Shown here: in pieces, positions 28,134-37,848 of the stretch
Position numbering within the stretch: position 1 is the first letter of the stretch
Layout: each line of letters opens with the position of its first letter
DNA from: Bacteroidales bacterium
GTDB taxonomy: Bacteria; Bacteroidota; Bacteroidia; Bacteroidales; GCA-2748055
Direction: 5' to 3'
Length of the DNA: 64,000 bases
NCBI GenBank assembly: GCA_046485075.1
Contig: JAWOHR010000088.1
Coordinates: 2,790-66,789, forward strand
Translations under genes and position numbers: made by a program
The notes under the pieces: generated by a model
What the model saw: the letters and a program-made list of their open reading frames with translations, nothing else
Told to the model about the DNA's origin: nothing
The model's database searches: none

Positions 28134-31100
28134 TCATAGGACAATCAGTTTACGAATGGCAATAAAATTCCTGGTTAGAATCCGGCAGTAATATAGCCCA
28201 TTATTTAATCTTTGTCCAGATGCGTTTTTGCAATCCCATTCAAGGATAAGCGGTCCCGATCCGTTATGGTACTGCTCAAGCATTGTCACATATTTGCCAT
28301 TGCCATCGATCACCTCAATCCTAACATCGCCTGGTTCTTCCAGTGAAATATTAAAGAAGGCTTTGTCTGTTACCGGATTTGGATAGATGGTTAGTGCGTT
28401 GAAAAGGGGTAAATCATCCTCAAAATCTGTTGATAAATTTGACCTCAAAGGAGTTGGAGCAGGTAAAATAGTCCATACGATGTCAGCATCTGATACCCTA
28501 CCCCAGGATAGATTCGGACTAATACATGGGAAGGATACTGTATCAATCACTTCTCCCAAATAGCCAAACAATCCGATCTGCTCACCCGACTTGGATACTT
28601 TGAACCCAATATGCATGATCCCCTGATCCTCAGAATTATCTGCCCATAAAACAATGAAACCCCTACCCGGAATCGTTGTCGAATCGGGGTACTCAGATGA
28701 AATCCTGTAAACATATGGATCAGAAAGGCTGTCTGATAAAAATAATCCACCAATATCCAAAGGTTCGTTACCACTATTATACAATTCTATCCAATCATCA
28801 TATTCATTGGCTTCATCACAATAAATATTTAAATTATTTCCCATGACCTCATTGATCACCAGTTTTGAAAGATCGGGGTAATTATTAGGTCCGCCGGGAG
28901 TTGGAGGTATGGAAGTCCACCTCTCGGATTCCATGATTCTGCTGTAAGATGAGTTACTATACTGTTCTGAATAGGTAACTGAATCCAATATGGTCTCCAT
29001 GTCATAATGAATCAGTGCCAGTTGTTCTCCTTTCCTGCTAAGTTTAAAACTTACATGGTTGATCTCCTGGGCCTCTTCATTCTCCCCGTACAGGATATAG
29101 TAACCATTTGCAGGAATAGTAGTGAGTTGGGGAGAATGACTTGGGATTCGGTATTTCGCAGGATTTCCCAAACTGTCAGTAATGTACAATCCACCAAGGT
29201 TTACCGGGAAATCATTGGAGTTATAGAGTTCAATCCAGTCATTGAAGTTTCCATGGTCATCTTCTATGGAAGTATTGGAGGCCATAAACTCATTGAGGTG
29301 TATACCGGATATTACCGGCATATCGTTAAAGGCAGAGTATGTGGGTGGAAGATTTATCCAATCCCCTGTATTTGACAATCTGCTGTAAGAAAAATTCTTG
29401 AACTGATTTGGGAAGGTAACCGTATCTATATAAGTGGTGCCTTCAGGATCTACCAGGGCAAGTTGCTCGCCATCACCGCTCAGTTTGAATCCTAAATGAT
29501 GTACCCCCTGCTCTTGCTGATCATCGGCCCACAAAATCAAATATCCCTTTGGAGCAATGGTTGTTGAATCCGGGTATCCTGCCGGAATGCGGTACTTTAA
29601 CCGATCCCCGATGCTGTCTGTAATGAAGAAACCTCCAAGGTCTACTGCGAAATCGTTGTGGTTATATACCTCAATCCAATCGTCAAATTCGCCAAATTGA
29701 TCATGGTTTATCTCATTGCCTGATGCAACAATCTCAGATAGATACAAGTTCTCAGAGGGTCTGAGAATATTACAAGCGCCTGGGGATGCAGTCACGATTC
29801 TCAGGTCACAGCCACCATCCACAAAACGCCCCATAACCAGACCTGAAGGTAATTCGCCATAACTTAATGAATCGATAATTTGCTTGCCATCAGACTGGAT
29901 CAGACCTATTTGTTCTCCGTCATTACTCAATTTAAAATCCAGGTGAAGAACTCCCTGCTCCTCCTGGTTGTCAGCCCACAATACCATGTACCCTTTTGCG
30001 GGAATGGTGGTAGAATCAGAGTGGCAGGTTGGTATTCTGTAAACGGCCGGATTCGCCAAAGAATCAGTAATATACAGACCGCCTATATCAACTGGAAAGT
30101 CATTATTATTATAAATTTCAATCCAATCATCATATTCTCCAAATTCATCATGTACCGTTGACCTGTTACTGGCCATGAATTCATTGATAAACAAATTGTC
30201 AGTGAAATGAACCAGGTTTGAGCTGCCTGGAGTCGCATTAAGCCCCAATATTAGATTCTTTCCATCCGGGTATCGGCCCATGACATCGCCTCCAAATAAG
30301 TTGTTATAGCTAAGCGTGTCAAGATAGCCTGCACCCACCTGATAAACTCCTATTTGTTCCGTCTTGCTGTCCAACCTGAACCCCAGGTGCAGAGGGCCCT
30401 GTTCAGGTTGATTGTCAGCCCAGAGAATTTTAAAACCAAAAGGCGAAATCTTTGTGGATGGGTCACCGGTTGGAATCATATATTTCAGCTGATTTTGAAG
30501 ACTGTCTGTGAAAAATAATCCACCCAAATCAATCGTAACTGAAGTGGGATTGTAGATCTCGATCCAGTCATCCATCTCCTGATCTTCATCCGTGATACCA
30601 CAGCTGTTCTTAGCCAAAAACTCGTTGATTAGTAATTCCTTTCTCTCAAGTGGTTCATTCACCGCCATTGGAGTTGGCATCATATATTCGTATTGATTGG
30701 AATTCGACATGATACCGTAGGTCATATCTGATTCCAGGGAGGGAATGAGGAGGGAATCCACGTAGTGATAATCCTGGTCTATCTGTTGCACCAGTGTAAG
30801 AAGCTCCCCTTCCTTTTTAAGCTTGAAATTTGTGTGCAGCGGGCCCTGCCGATCATCATTGTCGCACCAGAGCAAGAGAAATCCTTTTGCCTTAACGGTG
30901 GTAAGCTCCGGAGTTCCATACGGAATCTGGTACTGGGTTTCATACCCGGCACTATCTGAAAGGTACCAACCTGCCAGGTCCACATCAAAATCATTGTCAT
31001 TATAGATTTCCACCCAGTCTTCCAACTGGCCAAAATCATCCCTGACATTGGTACTATTGGAAGCACAGATTTCATTTAAGTAGATTTTATTCTTAGGAGT

Positions 31101-33263
31101 ATCGGCTTTAAAAACAGCAGTGATCGCATCGTCGTTCGAAAGATTGAGAAATATGGTCTGATTACTTGAGGTGGAGGCCCCTTCCCAGTGAGAAAAAACA
31201 TACCCGCTTCGGGGTACAGCCACCAGCCGAAGGGGAACATTATTAAAAAAGGAGCCCGTAAAATTATTGGGGAGAGATACTTCACTGGCTTTCACAAAAC
31301 CCAGGGATGGATCATTCACATTGCAGGAAAGGTTGTACATTCCTGAAATGTTAAATTTTGCCATGAAGTGGCCCCTCACCACATCCGGATGATTCCTTGT
31401 AAAATCTGGCATCTTCTCTTCAGTCTGTGTCCAGAAGTAATCCGATTCAGGTCTTCCCCAACGCTCCATATGACGGCTCAGTTCGTCATTTATGTAAGCC
31501 CTGATGCTGTCATAAATCGGCGTTACGGTTTCCGGATTGAAGGTAGTATTGATGTGTCCCGCCATTCTTTGGATAAATTCATTTTTGAAATCCTTATTTT
31601 CCAATAACTCCGTGAATAGTCTTGTACTCTTATCATCCCTGGTTGCCCATTCCAGGCAGTTCCCGGTTCTTTGGTAAAGACCCCACCCAAAATCAGTATC
31701 ATACAAAACCCATCTCCATTTTCCTCCATCAGATTGAGGTCGCCAATATTTAACATTGTTATGCGGCCAGTCTTCATTTTGAAAATAAATATTGGCTAAA
31801 TAATAATTTAGAAACTCATTAATATCCATTTGAGTTGAGACATATTGATAATTCTCCTCAAGGTTAAGATCCTTATGGGTAACAAAATCCATAAGCGCCG
31901 TATAATGCTCAACCGATCCGCTGACCGACTCGCCCCACTCATAATTCATTCTTTCAAGCATATCTATCTCATCGGAATCAATCCCATAATTTGATGCTGG
32001 ATAGTACTCGTTGATTTTTTCTCTGATGTTCTGGATTCCCCAATACTCACCATTAATAAATATTACGGCAGGTTCATAAGCTTGCAGATCAATATCCATG
32101 CGGCCTTTGAGCAGAGTTTGCATAAATCCGTCTCTGAACATCGTTGCATAAGCGTCATTGCCGGAATTCCTTAAAACTATAGCTTTAAATTTATCCACAT
32201 CCTTCGATTGAAAGAACTTATAATCCAGACTGTTGTGACTATATTTATTCCTCGCATAGATGGCCAGGGATTTATACATGAACATCCTTGAGCATCCTCC
32301 ATAAATTTTTGTGCCAACAAGTTGATTTACTTCCTGCACTCCATCAGGACTAAAGTATTCAAAGTTAACCGGCCTCTCCCAATCCTGGTTCCAGTTCTGG
32401 GGATTCTCGAGGCAGTAACCCGCAATGCCGTTCGATCCGGTGACATAAATCCCATCATGACTTCCGAAGAAGTTTTTAGGATTAGTGGAGATCGACACAG
32501 TTGGCAAATTACTTCCTGCACCTAAGATATAGGTCTGTGTGTTTACCTTTCCTGGCAATTTACCTTCTTCAAAAAGACGTGCGCGTACAACAGTAGTCTC
32601 CAGCAACAGTATCGGTGATTCATAAATCAATGAAGATTGTACGGGCCACGATCCATCTGTTGTATATCTGATTAACCCTTCTGAGTCACCGGCATCAAGT
32701 TCCAGGATCTGAGCATCATCGTATATGCCAGCCTCTATGGAAAACCAGACCTCTGCAGGTAATAGAGTATCCTTTGTTGGATAGGTGTTGTTAACAGCTG
32801 ATGGAGTTGGTTCTGAATAATAGGCCCATTCGGAGATATCATCAACTTTCCTGCCATAGGATACATCAACGAATTGCTTCTGGTAGGTGACTGAATCCAC
32901 TAGCTGCCCATCAGGACTGAATAAAATGATCTTCCCCCCATCCATATATAACTTGATTTCCTCCGAAATCATGGTTCCTTCAGTTTGGAGCCAAACAATG
33001 CCATATTTACCAGGATTAATATACCCAAATTTTATCCTGGACATCTGCGGATTGGCCAGGTCGTTTGTCAGATAATGGCCGGCCAAATAAATAGTTTGAT
33101 TCCCCGAATTGTAAATTTCCACCCATTCCAGATAATTTCCACCGTAATCGAGGATGGTGTTAATATTCGATGCTTGAAATTCATTAATTCGTAGCTGTCC
33201 CTGACAAATCACAGACCAGAAAAACAGGCCGATTATGGTCCAGAGTTTGTCAAAAATTTTCAT
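28134..33263 (-). CDS. giant T9SS-secreted CotH kinase-family protein with seven lamin-tail (LTD) domains
   Basis: 1709 aa. Signal peptide, one N-terminal LTD (LRINEFQASN...WVEIYNSG), and a CotH core (LRNSGND, Y....ING.YWG.QN.REK, ED.WPHNNVKYWRP, RW.LYDTDFGWG). Six more LTDs follow (INEFMASN..DDWIE(I/L)YN...D(I/L)GG(L/F)(Y/F)(I/L)(T/S)DS), then a T9SS CTD (IYPNPVTDKAFFNI...RKLIVL). Confidence 0.85.
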   Translation of the reverse strand: MKIFDKLWTIIGLFFWSVICQGQLRINEFQASNINTILDYGGNYLEWVEIYNSGNQTIYLAGHYLTNDLANPQMSRIKFGYINPGKYGIVWLQTEGTMISEEIKLYMDGGKIILFSPDGQLVDSVTYQKQFVDVSYGRKVDDISEWAYYSEPTPSAVNNTYPTKDTLLPAEVWFSIEAGIYDDAQILELDAGDSEGLIRYTTDGSWPVQSSLIYESPILLLETTVVRARLFEEGKLPGKVNTQTYILGAGSNLPTVSISTNPKNFFGSHDGIYVTGSNGIAGYCLENPQNWNQDWERPVNFEYFSPDGVQEVNQLVGTKIYGGCSRMFMYKSLAIYARNKYSHNSLDYKFFQSKDVDKFKAIVLRNSGNDAYATMFRDGFMQTLLKGRMDIDLQAYEPAVIFINGEYWGIQNIREKINEYYPASNYGIDSDEIDMLERMNYEWGESVSGSVEHYTALMDFVTHKDLNLEENYQYVSTQMDINEFLNYYLANIYFQNEDWPHNNVKYWRPQSDGGKWRWVLYDTDFGWGLYQRTGNCLEWATRDDKSTRLFTELLENKDFKNEFIQRMAGHINTTFNPETVTPIYDSIRAYINDELSRHMERWGRPESDYFWTQTEEKMPDFTRNHPDVVRGHFMAKFNISGMYNLSCNVNDPSLGFVKASEVSLPNNFTGSFFNNVPLRLVAVPRSGYVFSHWEGASTSSNQTIFLNLSNDDAITAVFKADTPKNKIYLNEICASNSTNVRDDFGQLEDWVEIYNDNDFDVDLAGWYLSDSAGYETQYQIPYGTPELTTVKAKGFLLLWCDNDDRQGPLHTNFKLKKEGELLTLVQQIDQDYHYVDSLLIPSLESDMTYGIMSNSNQYEYMMPTPMAVNEPLERKELLINEFLAKNSCGITDEDQEMDDWIEIYNPTSVTIDLGGLFFTDSLQNQLKYMIPTGDPSTKISPFGFKILWADNQPEQGPLHLGFRLDSKTEQIGVYQVGAGYLDTLSYNNLFGGDVMGRYPDGKNLILGLNATPGSSNLVHFTDNLFINEFMASNRSTVHDEFGEYDDWIEIYNNNDFPVDIGGLYITDSLANPAVYRIPTCHSDSTTIPAKGYMVLWADNQEEQGVLHLDFKLSNDGEQIGLIQSDGKQIIDSLSYGELPSGLVMGRFVDGGCDLRIVTASPGACNILRPSENLYLSEIVASGNEINHDQFGEFDDWIEVYNHNDFAVDLGGFFITDSIGDRLKYRIPAGYPDSTTIAPKGYLILWADDQQEQGVHHLGFKLSGDGEQLALVDPEGTTYIDTVTFPNQFKNFSYSRLSNTGDWINLPPTYSAFNDMPVISGIHLNEFMASNTSIEDDHGNFNDWIELYNSNDFPVNLGGLYITDSLGNPAKYRIPSHSPQLTTIPANGYYILYGENEEAQEINHVSFKLSRKGEQLALIHYDMETILDSVTYSEQYSNSSYSRIMESERWTSIPPTPGGPNNYPDLSKLVINEVMGNNLNIYCDEANEYDDWIELYNSGNEPLDIGGLFLSDSLSDPYVYRISSEYPDSTTIPGRGFIVLWADNSEDQGIMHIGFKVSKSGEQIGLFGYLGEVIDTVSFPCISPNLSWGRVSDADIVWTILPAPTPLRSNLSTDFEDDLPLFNALTIYPNPVTDKAFFNISLEEPGDVRIEVIDGNGKYVTMLEQYHNGSGPLILEWDCKNASGQRLNNGLYYCRILTRNFIAIRKLIVL
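28440..31095 (-). repeat. array of six LTD-coding modules, period about 440-450 nt (diverged at DNA level)
   Basis: INE(F/V/I) module starts are seen near 31090, 30640, 30190, 29745, 29300 and 28865. Coordinates are approximate. Confidence 0.75.
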
Positions 33264-33664
33264 GATGATTGGTTCTTAAAAGAGGAAAGGTATATTCAAC
33301 CGTAACTAAATCCAAATCACTGTTTTAGGAGCGAATCTCATACTTTCTTATGTATTTGATTTAGTGTTAGTTATACACTTCATTGATCAAAGTTGAAGAC
33401 ACACTCCTATATTTCTACTGGCTCTGGAACCAGATTCGACCTTCCTAAATTGAAATTTATAAAAATCTTAGTCAGCGGTATCGATTCATTTAGGCCTGGC
33501 AAGGCGCCAGAGCTCCTTTAGTTACTGGAGTCTTTGACTAACCTCCAATATTTTAGGATGAATTTGAAACTAAGGCAAGGAAATATATTGTTTTAAGTAA
33601 CAACCTGTGAAACTAAAAAATATAACTTTCGTAGAAGAAAGTCGAACTTAATACTATTAAAATC

Positions 33665-35929
33665 ATGAAGAAACCATTACTTATCTTTAGATTTCTCGTA
33701 TTGCTATTATCGGTATCATATATTGTAAATGGTCAATATACAGGTACTTATGATAACATCGCAGCATTTAAGAAAGCTAGTGCTTTAGATTCTGTCCCAG
33801 GTTTTGAACCTAGCAAAGCTGTTGATACTTTGCTAACTACCTGGGCTAAAATTCAAGGAACTGCACCGGTATGGTTGGAAATTGAACTCGGATCCTATCA
33901 CTATGTGGATGGATTTGGCATGGTCCTTCCCAATGCAGATGAACTGCCAACTGGCATTAAATTTCAAACAAGTCTTAATAGAGTATACTGGGTAGATCGC
34001 ACAAGTAAAACAGTTACTCTGCCAGGCACCTATGACTATTACCTGGGAGGTCCAATGATAGCAAAATACATAAGATTTTATATTACGTCAAAAGACAACA
34101 TTGCCTCTTTTTCGGAGGTTAAAGTGTATGGAGATGTGGTCGTACCCCCAACCCCTCCAATGGCACTCCCGGCCACGAATATTACAGGGTCAGGATTTAC
34201 TGCACGCTGGACCGACCGGGCTGTTGCTACAGGATATAGAATTAATGTCTCAACTAAAAATGATTTCTCAAGCTATGTTGAAGGATATCAAGATCTTGAT
34301 GTAGGTAATGTGCTTTCTGTTGATGTCTCTGGTTTATCCCCCATGACGAATTACTATTATCGGGTAGAAGCTTATAACATTGTCGGTGCTAGCGGAGTTT
34401 CCAATACAACAAATGTGACCACAATCAAACTATCACAATCAATTACGTTTGATGAGTTGGCTGGAAAATCCTATGGTGATACTGCTTTTTCTCCTGGTGC
34501 AAGTGCAAGCTCCGGATTACCGATCGGTTATACAAGTTCAAATGAGACAGTAGCCATGGTGACCAACAACATGGTAACCATTATAGGAATTGGAGAAACC
34601 ATTATAACCGCTTCACAGGAAGGAAATTCCCAATATGAACCAGCCATTCCGGTGACCCAGACCCTGGTGGTTGTCAGAAAGGGATTAACTGTTGACGGAG
34701 TAACTGCCGACAACAAAGAATACGATGGGACGACTGACGCAAGCATTAGCGGCGGTAACCTGGTTGGTGTATTAGATGGTGAAGATGTAATCCTGACAAA
34801 CACTGACCTGGCCAACTTCACACAGGCTGATGCCGGCACCGGGATCTCAGTGGTTACTTCCATGACCCTTTCCGGAGCGGATACTTCCAATTATGAACTC
34901 ATACAACCAGCTGTTAGTGCGGATATCACCGCCAAGGAATTATCTGTCATTGGTACAGTTGCGGCCAATAAGCAATACGACGCCACTACAACGGCCATCC
35001 TCAGTGGAGCCTCACTTTCAGGTGTTTTAGGTTCAGATGACGTAGGTTTGTCCAATGCCACTTCAGGAGCGTTCGCCCAGTCGGATGTGGGAAATGATAT
35101 TGTGGTAAGCACATACATGGCACTTGTTGGAGAAGATAGTGCAAATTACAGCCTGGAGCAACCATCACTTCTAGCCAATATTACTCAAAAGGAACTTACA
35201 ATTACTGCTGAGGACAAGAGCCGGGAGCAATGTGCTTCCAATCCTGATTTTACAGTCATTTATTCAGGTTTTGCAGGGGATGAAGATCAAAGTGTGCTCA
35301 ATCCGTTACCGGTGGCCTCAAGTGAGGCAGATCAATCCAGTTCCGCAGGTACTTATAATATCGTTGCATCAGGTGGTGGTTCAGCAAATTACTCCTTAGT
35401 GTATATAAATGGAACCCTGACTATTACACCTGATGTTACTCAACCAGAATTGGCGGTTCAGGATATAACCATTCAACTTGATGCATCCCATAATGCAAGC
35501 ATTACAGCTGCAGATGTTGTGATCAGTGCGGCAGATAACTGTTCACTGGCTGATACAATACTGAGTCAGTATACCTTTAGCAGCAGAGATATTGGTGAAG
35601 TTAACGTTTTGGTTACACTTACAGATGTTTCAGGCAATAGTGCAATTAAGATTATAACTGTCACGGTGGAGGACTATACCGGATACAACGAGTTGAATAA
35701 ATTTAATTCTAGTATCTTCCCGAACCCAACAGAGGGTAAGGTCCAGCTTGAATTCAATACACCTCCTGAAGAATTAAGTGTGCTGGATATTACAGGTAGG
35801 ATGATAATATCCAGGAATAATCTGGAACCCCAGGAGATTATTGATCTTTCTGAATACAACAGTGGTATTTATTTGTTTAGATTTAAAATTGGAGAGGAAT
35901 TCAAACATATCAAAGTGATAAAAAAATAG
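33665..35929 (+). CDS. T9SS-secreted surface protein (discoidin/F5-8 type C, FN3, Ig-like, MBG/YDG repeats, CTD)
   Basis: 754 aa. Signal peptide and a discoidin-like N-terminus (W..IELG....V.GFG....KYIRFYI....SFSEVKVYG). FN3 (LPATNITGSGFTARW...YYYRVEAYN), MBG-type repeats (K(E/Q)YD(G/A)TT.A ... NY.L), and CTD (IFPNPTEGKVQLEF...IKVIKK). Confidence 0.8.
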   Translation: MKKPLLIFRFLVLLLSVSYIVNGQYTGTYDNIAAFKKASALDSVPGFEPSKAVDTLLTTWAKIQGTAPVWLEIELGSYHYVDGFGMVLPNADELPTGIKFQTSLNRVYWVDRTSKTVTLPGTYDYYLGGPMIAKYIRFYITSKDNIASFSEVKVYGDVVVPPTPPMALPATNITGSGFTARWTDRAVATGYRINVSTKNDFSSYVEGYQDLDVGNVLSVDVSGLSPMTNYYYRVEAYNIVGASGVSNTTNVTTIKLSQSITFDELAGKSYGDTAFSPGASASSGLPIGYTSSNETVAMVTNNMVTIIGIGETIITASQEGNSQYEPAIPVTQTLVVVRKGLTVDGVTADNKEYDGTTDASISGGNLVGVLDGEDVILTNTDLANFTQADAGTGISVVTSMTLSGADTSNYELIQPAVSADITAKELSVIGTVAANKQYDATTTAILSGASLSGVLGSDDVGLSNATSGAFAQSDVGNDIVVSTYMALVGEDSANYSLEQPSLLANITQKELTITAEDKSREQCASNPDFTVIYSGFAGDEDQSVLNPLPVASSEADQSSSAGTYNIVASGGGSANYSLVYINGTLTITPDVTQPELAVQDITIQLDASHNASITAADVVISAADNCSLADTILSQYTFSSRDIGEVNVLVTLTDVSGNSAIKIITVTVEDYTGYNELNKFNSSIFPNPTEGKVQLEFNTPPEELSVLDITGRMIISRNNLEPQEIIDLSEYNSGIYLFRFKIGEEFKHIKVIKK

Positions 35930-35948
35930 CAGTTTTTTTGATACTAAA

Positions 35949-35996
35949 AAAAGAAACCGGTGGGGAGATTGTCTTCCCTGCCGGTTTCTTTTAATT
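35949..35996 (+). terminator. rho-independent terminator
   Basis: The arm aaaagaaaccgg (35949-35960) pairs perfectly with ccggtttctttt (35981-35992). The loop has further GGGGAG/CTTCCC pairing, and the hairpin is followed by a T/A-rich tract. It lies 20 nt after the stop at 35929. Confidence 0.8.
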
Positions 35997-36028
35997 AAAA
36001 AAAATAAAAATTTTGGAATATTGGAGTT

Positions 36029-36817
36029 ATGACAACTATGCCTGTTTTGGATCAAGGAGCTCACAGGATTAATCAGGAAACGAAATATGTAGAAACACTG
36101 GGATTCCGTGTTTTTTCAGATGACCTGAATAAGATCTCATTCAATGGAGAGAAGGGAAGGGTGGTCAATACCATTAGTCCTAATTCCTATGGAATATCGA
36201 CCAAAGATCCTGAGTTTAAAAATGCGCTTCAGAGTTCTGATTATTTGACTTTGGATGGAGTCTATTTTGCATTTTCCTCCCTTCTTTTACAAGGAAAGAA
36301 TATCAAAGCCAACCAGGGACCTGATGTCTTCTATCATTTTATGAGATGCCTGGATAATTCAAAGGGTAAGGCTTTTTTCCTGGGTTCTACCCCGGATACA
36401 CTTCACAAAATCAAGTTAAGGGCCTCAAATGAATACCCTGGAATAGAAGTGGAGGTCCACTCCCCCCCTTTTAAACCCGAATTTACAAAAGATGAAGATA
36501 ATGAGATGATCAAGAGGATCAATTCATTTGAACCCGATGTAGTTTTCATTGGGATGACATGCCCGAAGCAAGAGAAATGGGCCAGCAAAAACAGGCAAAA
36601 GATTAATTCGGGTCTCATCATTGCCATAGGGAACGTATTCGATTGGTATGCAGGAACCCAAAAAGCAATTCATCCCTTCTGGTTCAAAATTAAGTTGGGT
36701 TGGCTTGTCCGGATTTTCCTAAGACCTGAAATTTTCAGAAGGAACATTGGCAATCAGATGAAATTCTTCCTGGATGTCATTCTGATCTTTCTAAGACTGA
36801 AAAAAGCAACACCCTAA
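36029..36817 (+). CDS. WecB/TagA/CpsF-family (GT26) glycosyltransferase
   Basis: 262 aa. Family blocks V.TISPNSYG, LTLDGVYF, F.LG.TP..L, VFIGM.CPKQE.W, GNVFDW.AG. Confidence 0.8.
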   Translation: MTTMPVLDQGAHRINQETKYVETLGFRVFSDDLNKISFNGEKGRVVNTISPNSYGISTKDPEFKNALQSSDYLTLDGVYFAFSSLLLQGKNIKANQGPDVFYHFMRCLDNSKGKAFFLGSTPDTLHKIKLRASNEYPGIEVEVHSPPFKPEFTKDEDNEMIKRINSFEPDVVFIGMTCPKQEKWASKNRQKINSGLIIAIGNVFDWYAGTQKAIHPFWFKIKLGWLVRIFLRPEIFRRNIGNQMKFFLDVILIFLRLKKATP

Positions 36818-36918
36818 AAGCCTTTTTGCCGTTAAAACTGCGTGAAACATTAATTCCTGAAATCCGTAAGAAACTACAGTAGAATCATAAACAAATGTAT
36901 TTAAATTGAATTTTGCAT

Positions 36919-37848
36919 ATGTCTAAAAAAATTTCCTTAGTGATACCGGTCCACAACAGACTTGAATATACAAAAAGCTGTCTGTCAATACTTAAAGATC
37001 AGGAAAAGACTTCATTTTTTACAAAGAACCAGATCTATATTATCCTCGTAAATGATGGTTCCACAGATGAAACGAATGAGTGGGTTTCTAGTAACTATCC
37101 AGAAGTAATCATTTTAGAAGGTGATGGCAATCTTTGGTATAGCGGAAGTCTGAATAAGGGATTCCGCCATGCACTCTATCAACTCGGATGTGATTTTGTC
37201 TTGATTTGGGAAAATGATATTTTTCCCGGGCCAGGCTACTTTAATAACCTGCAAGCCCTGGTTGAAAGTTGGGATGGAAATAGCATCATTACTTCAAAGC
37301 TATATTATAAATCCCAACCGAATCTGATCTTTGGACTGGGGGGGACATTTAATAAAAAAACCGGGCAAAAGTCTTTGATCGGTTGGCGTGAGGAGGATGG
37401 CCCCAAGTTTAATCAAATAATCGAATTAGATTGGTTTCTGGGCCATATGGCCTTGATTCACAAAGATATTATTGCCAGGATTGGCTTGATGGATGAAAAG
37501 AACTTTCCCCAGTATCATGCCGACATCGACTATTCATTAAGGGCCACTGAACACGGGTTTAAAAATATTGTGTATCCCGAATTAAAACTAATGAATGACA
37601 CGGGGACCACCGGGATTCATCAAGTGAAAAACAAAACCATTAAACAGTTTTTTGAAAGTTTTACTTCGATACGCTCGAATAATAACATCCGAAAGGATAT
37701 CATATTCCTAAGAATTCATACCAAGGGCCTCTTGCCCTACCTCTATCTTTTTAAAAGATATTTAATTTATACAGGCAGTTTCGTGAAGTGGAAAACACTT
37801 GGCTATTTTGGGGTAAAGAGGAAAAATGAAAACCTGCTGGTAGATTAG
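36919..37848 (+). CDS. family 2 glycosyltransferase
   Basis: ISLVIPVHNRLEYTK.CL.S, ILVNDGSTDET. The ORF track start at 36913 is TTG, so the ATG at 36919 is preferred. Confidence 0.8.
   Translation: MSKKISLVIPVHNRLEYTKSCLSILKDQEKTSFFTKNQIYIILVNDGSTDETNEWVSSNYPEVIILEGDGNLWYSGSLNKGFRHALYQLGCDFVLIWENDIFPGPGYFNNLQALVESWDGNSIITSKLYYKSQPNLIFGLGGTFNKKTGQKSLIGWREEDGPKFNQIIELDWFLGHMALIHKDIIARIGLMDEKNFPQYHADIDYSLRATEHGFKNIVYPELKLMNDTGTTGIHQVKNKTIKQFFESFTSIRSNNNIRKDIIFLRIHTKGLLPYLYLFKRYLIYTGSFVKWKTLGYFGVKRKNENLLVD

Noticed and set aside
24129-31095. Regularly spaced repeats that could be mistaken for a CRISPR array or satellite.
   Set aside because: Both arrays (282-bp FN3 units and about 445-nt LTD units) lie in frame inside long ORFs and have no short unique spacers. 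They are protein-domain repeats.
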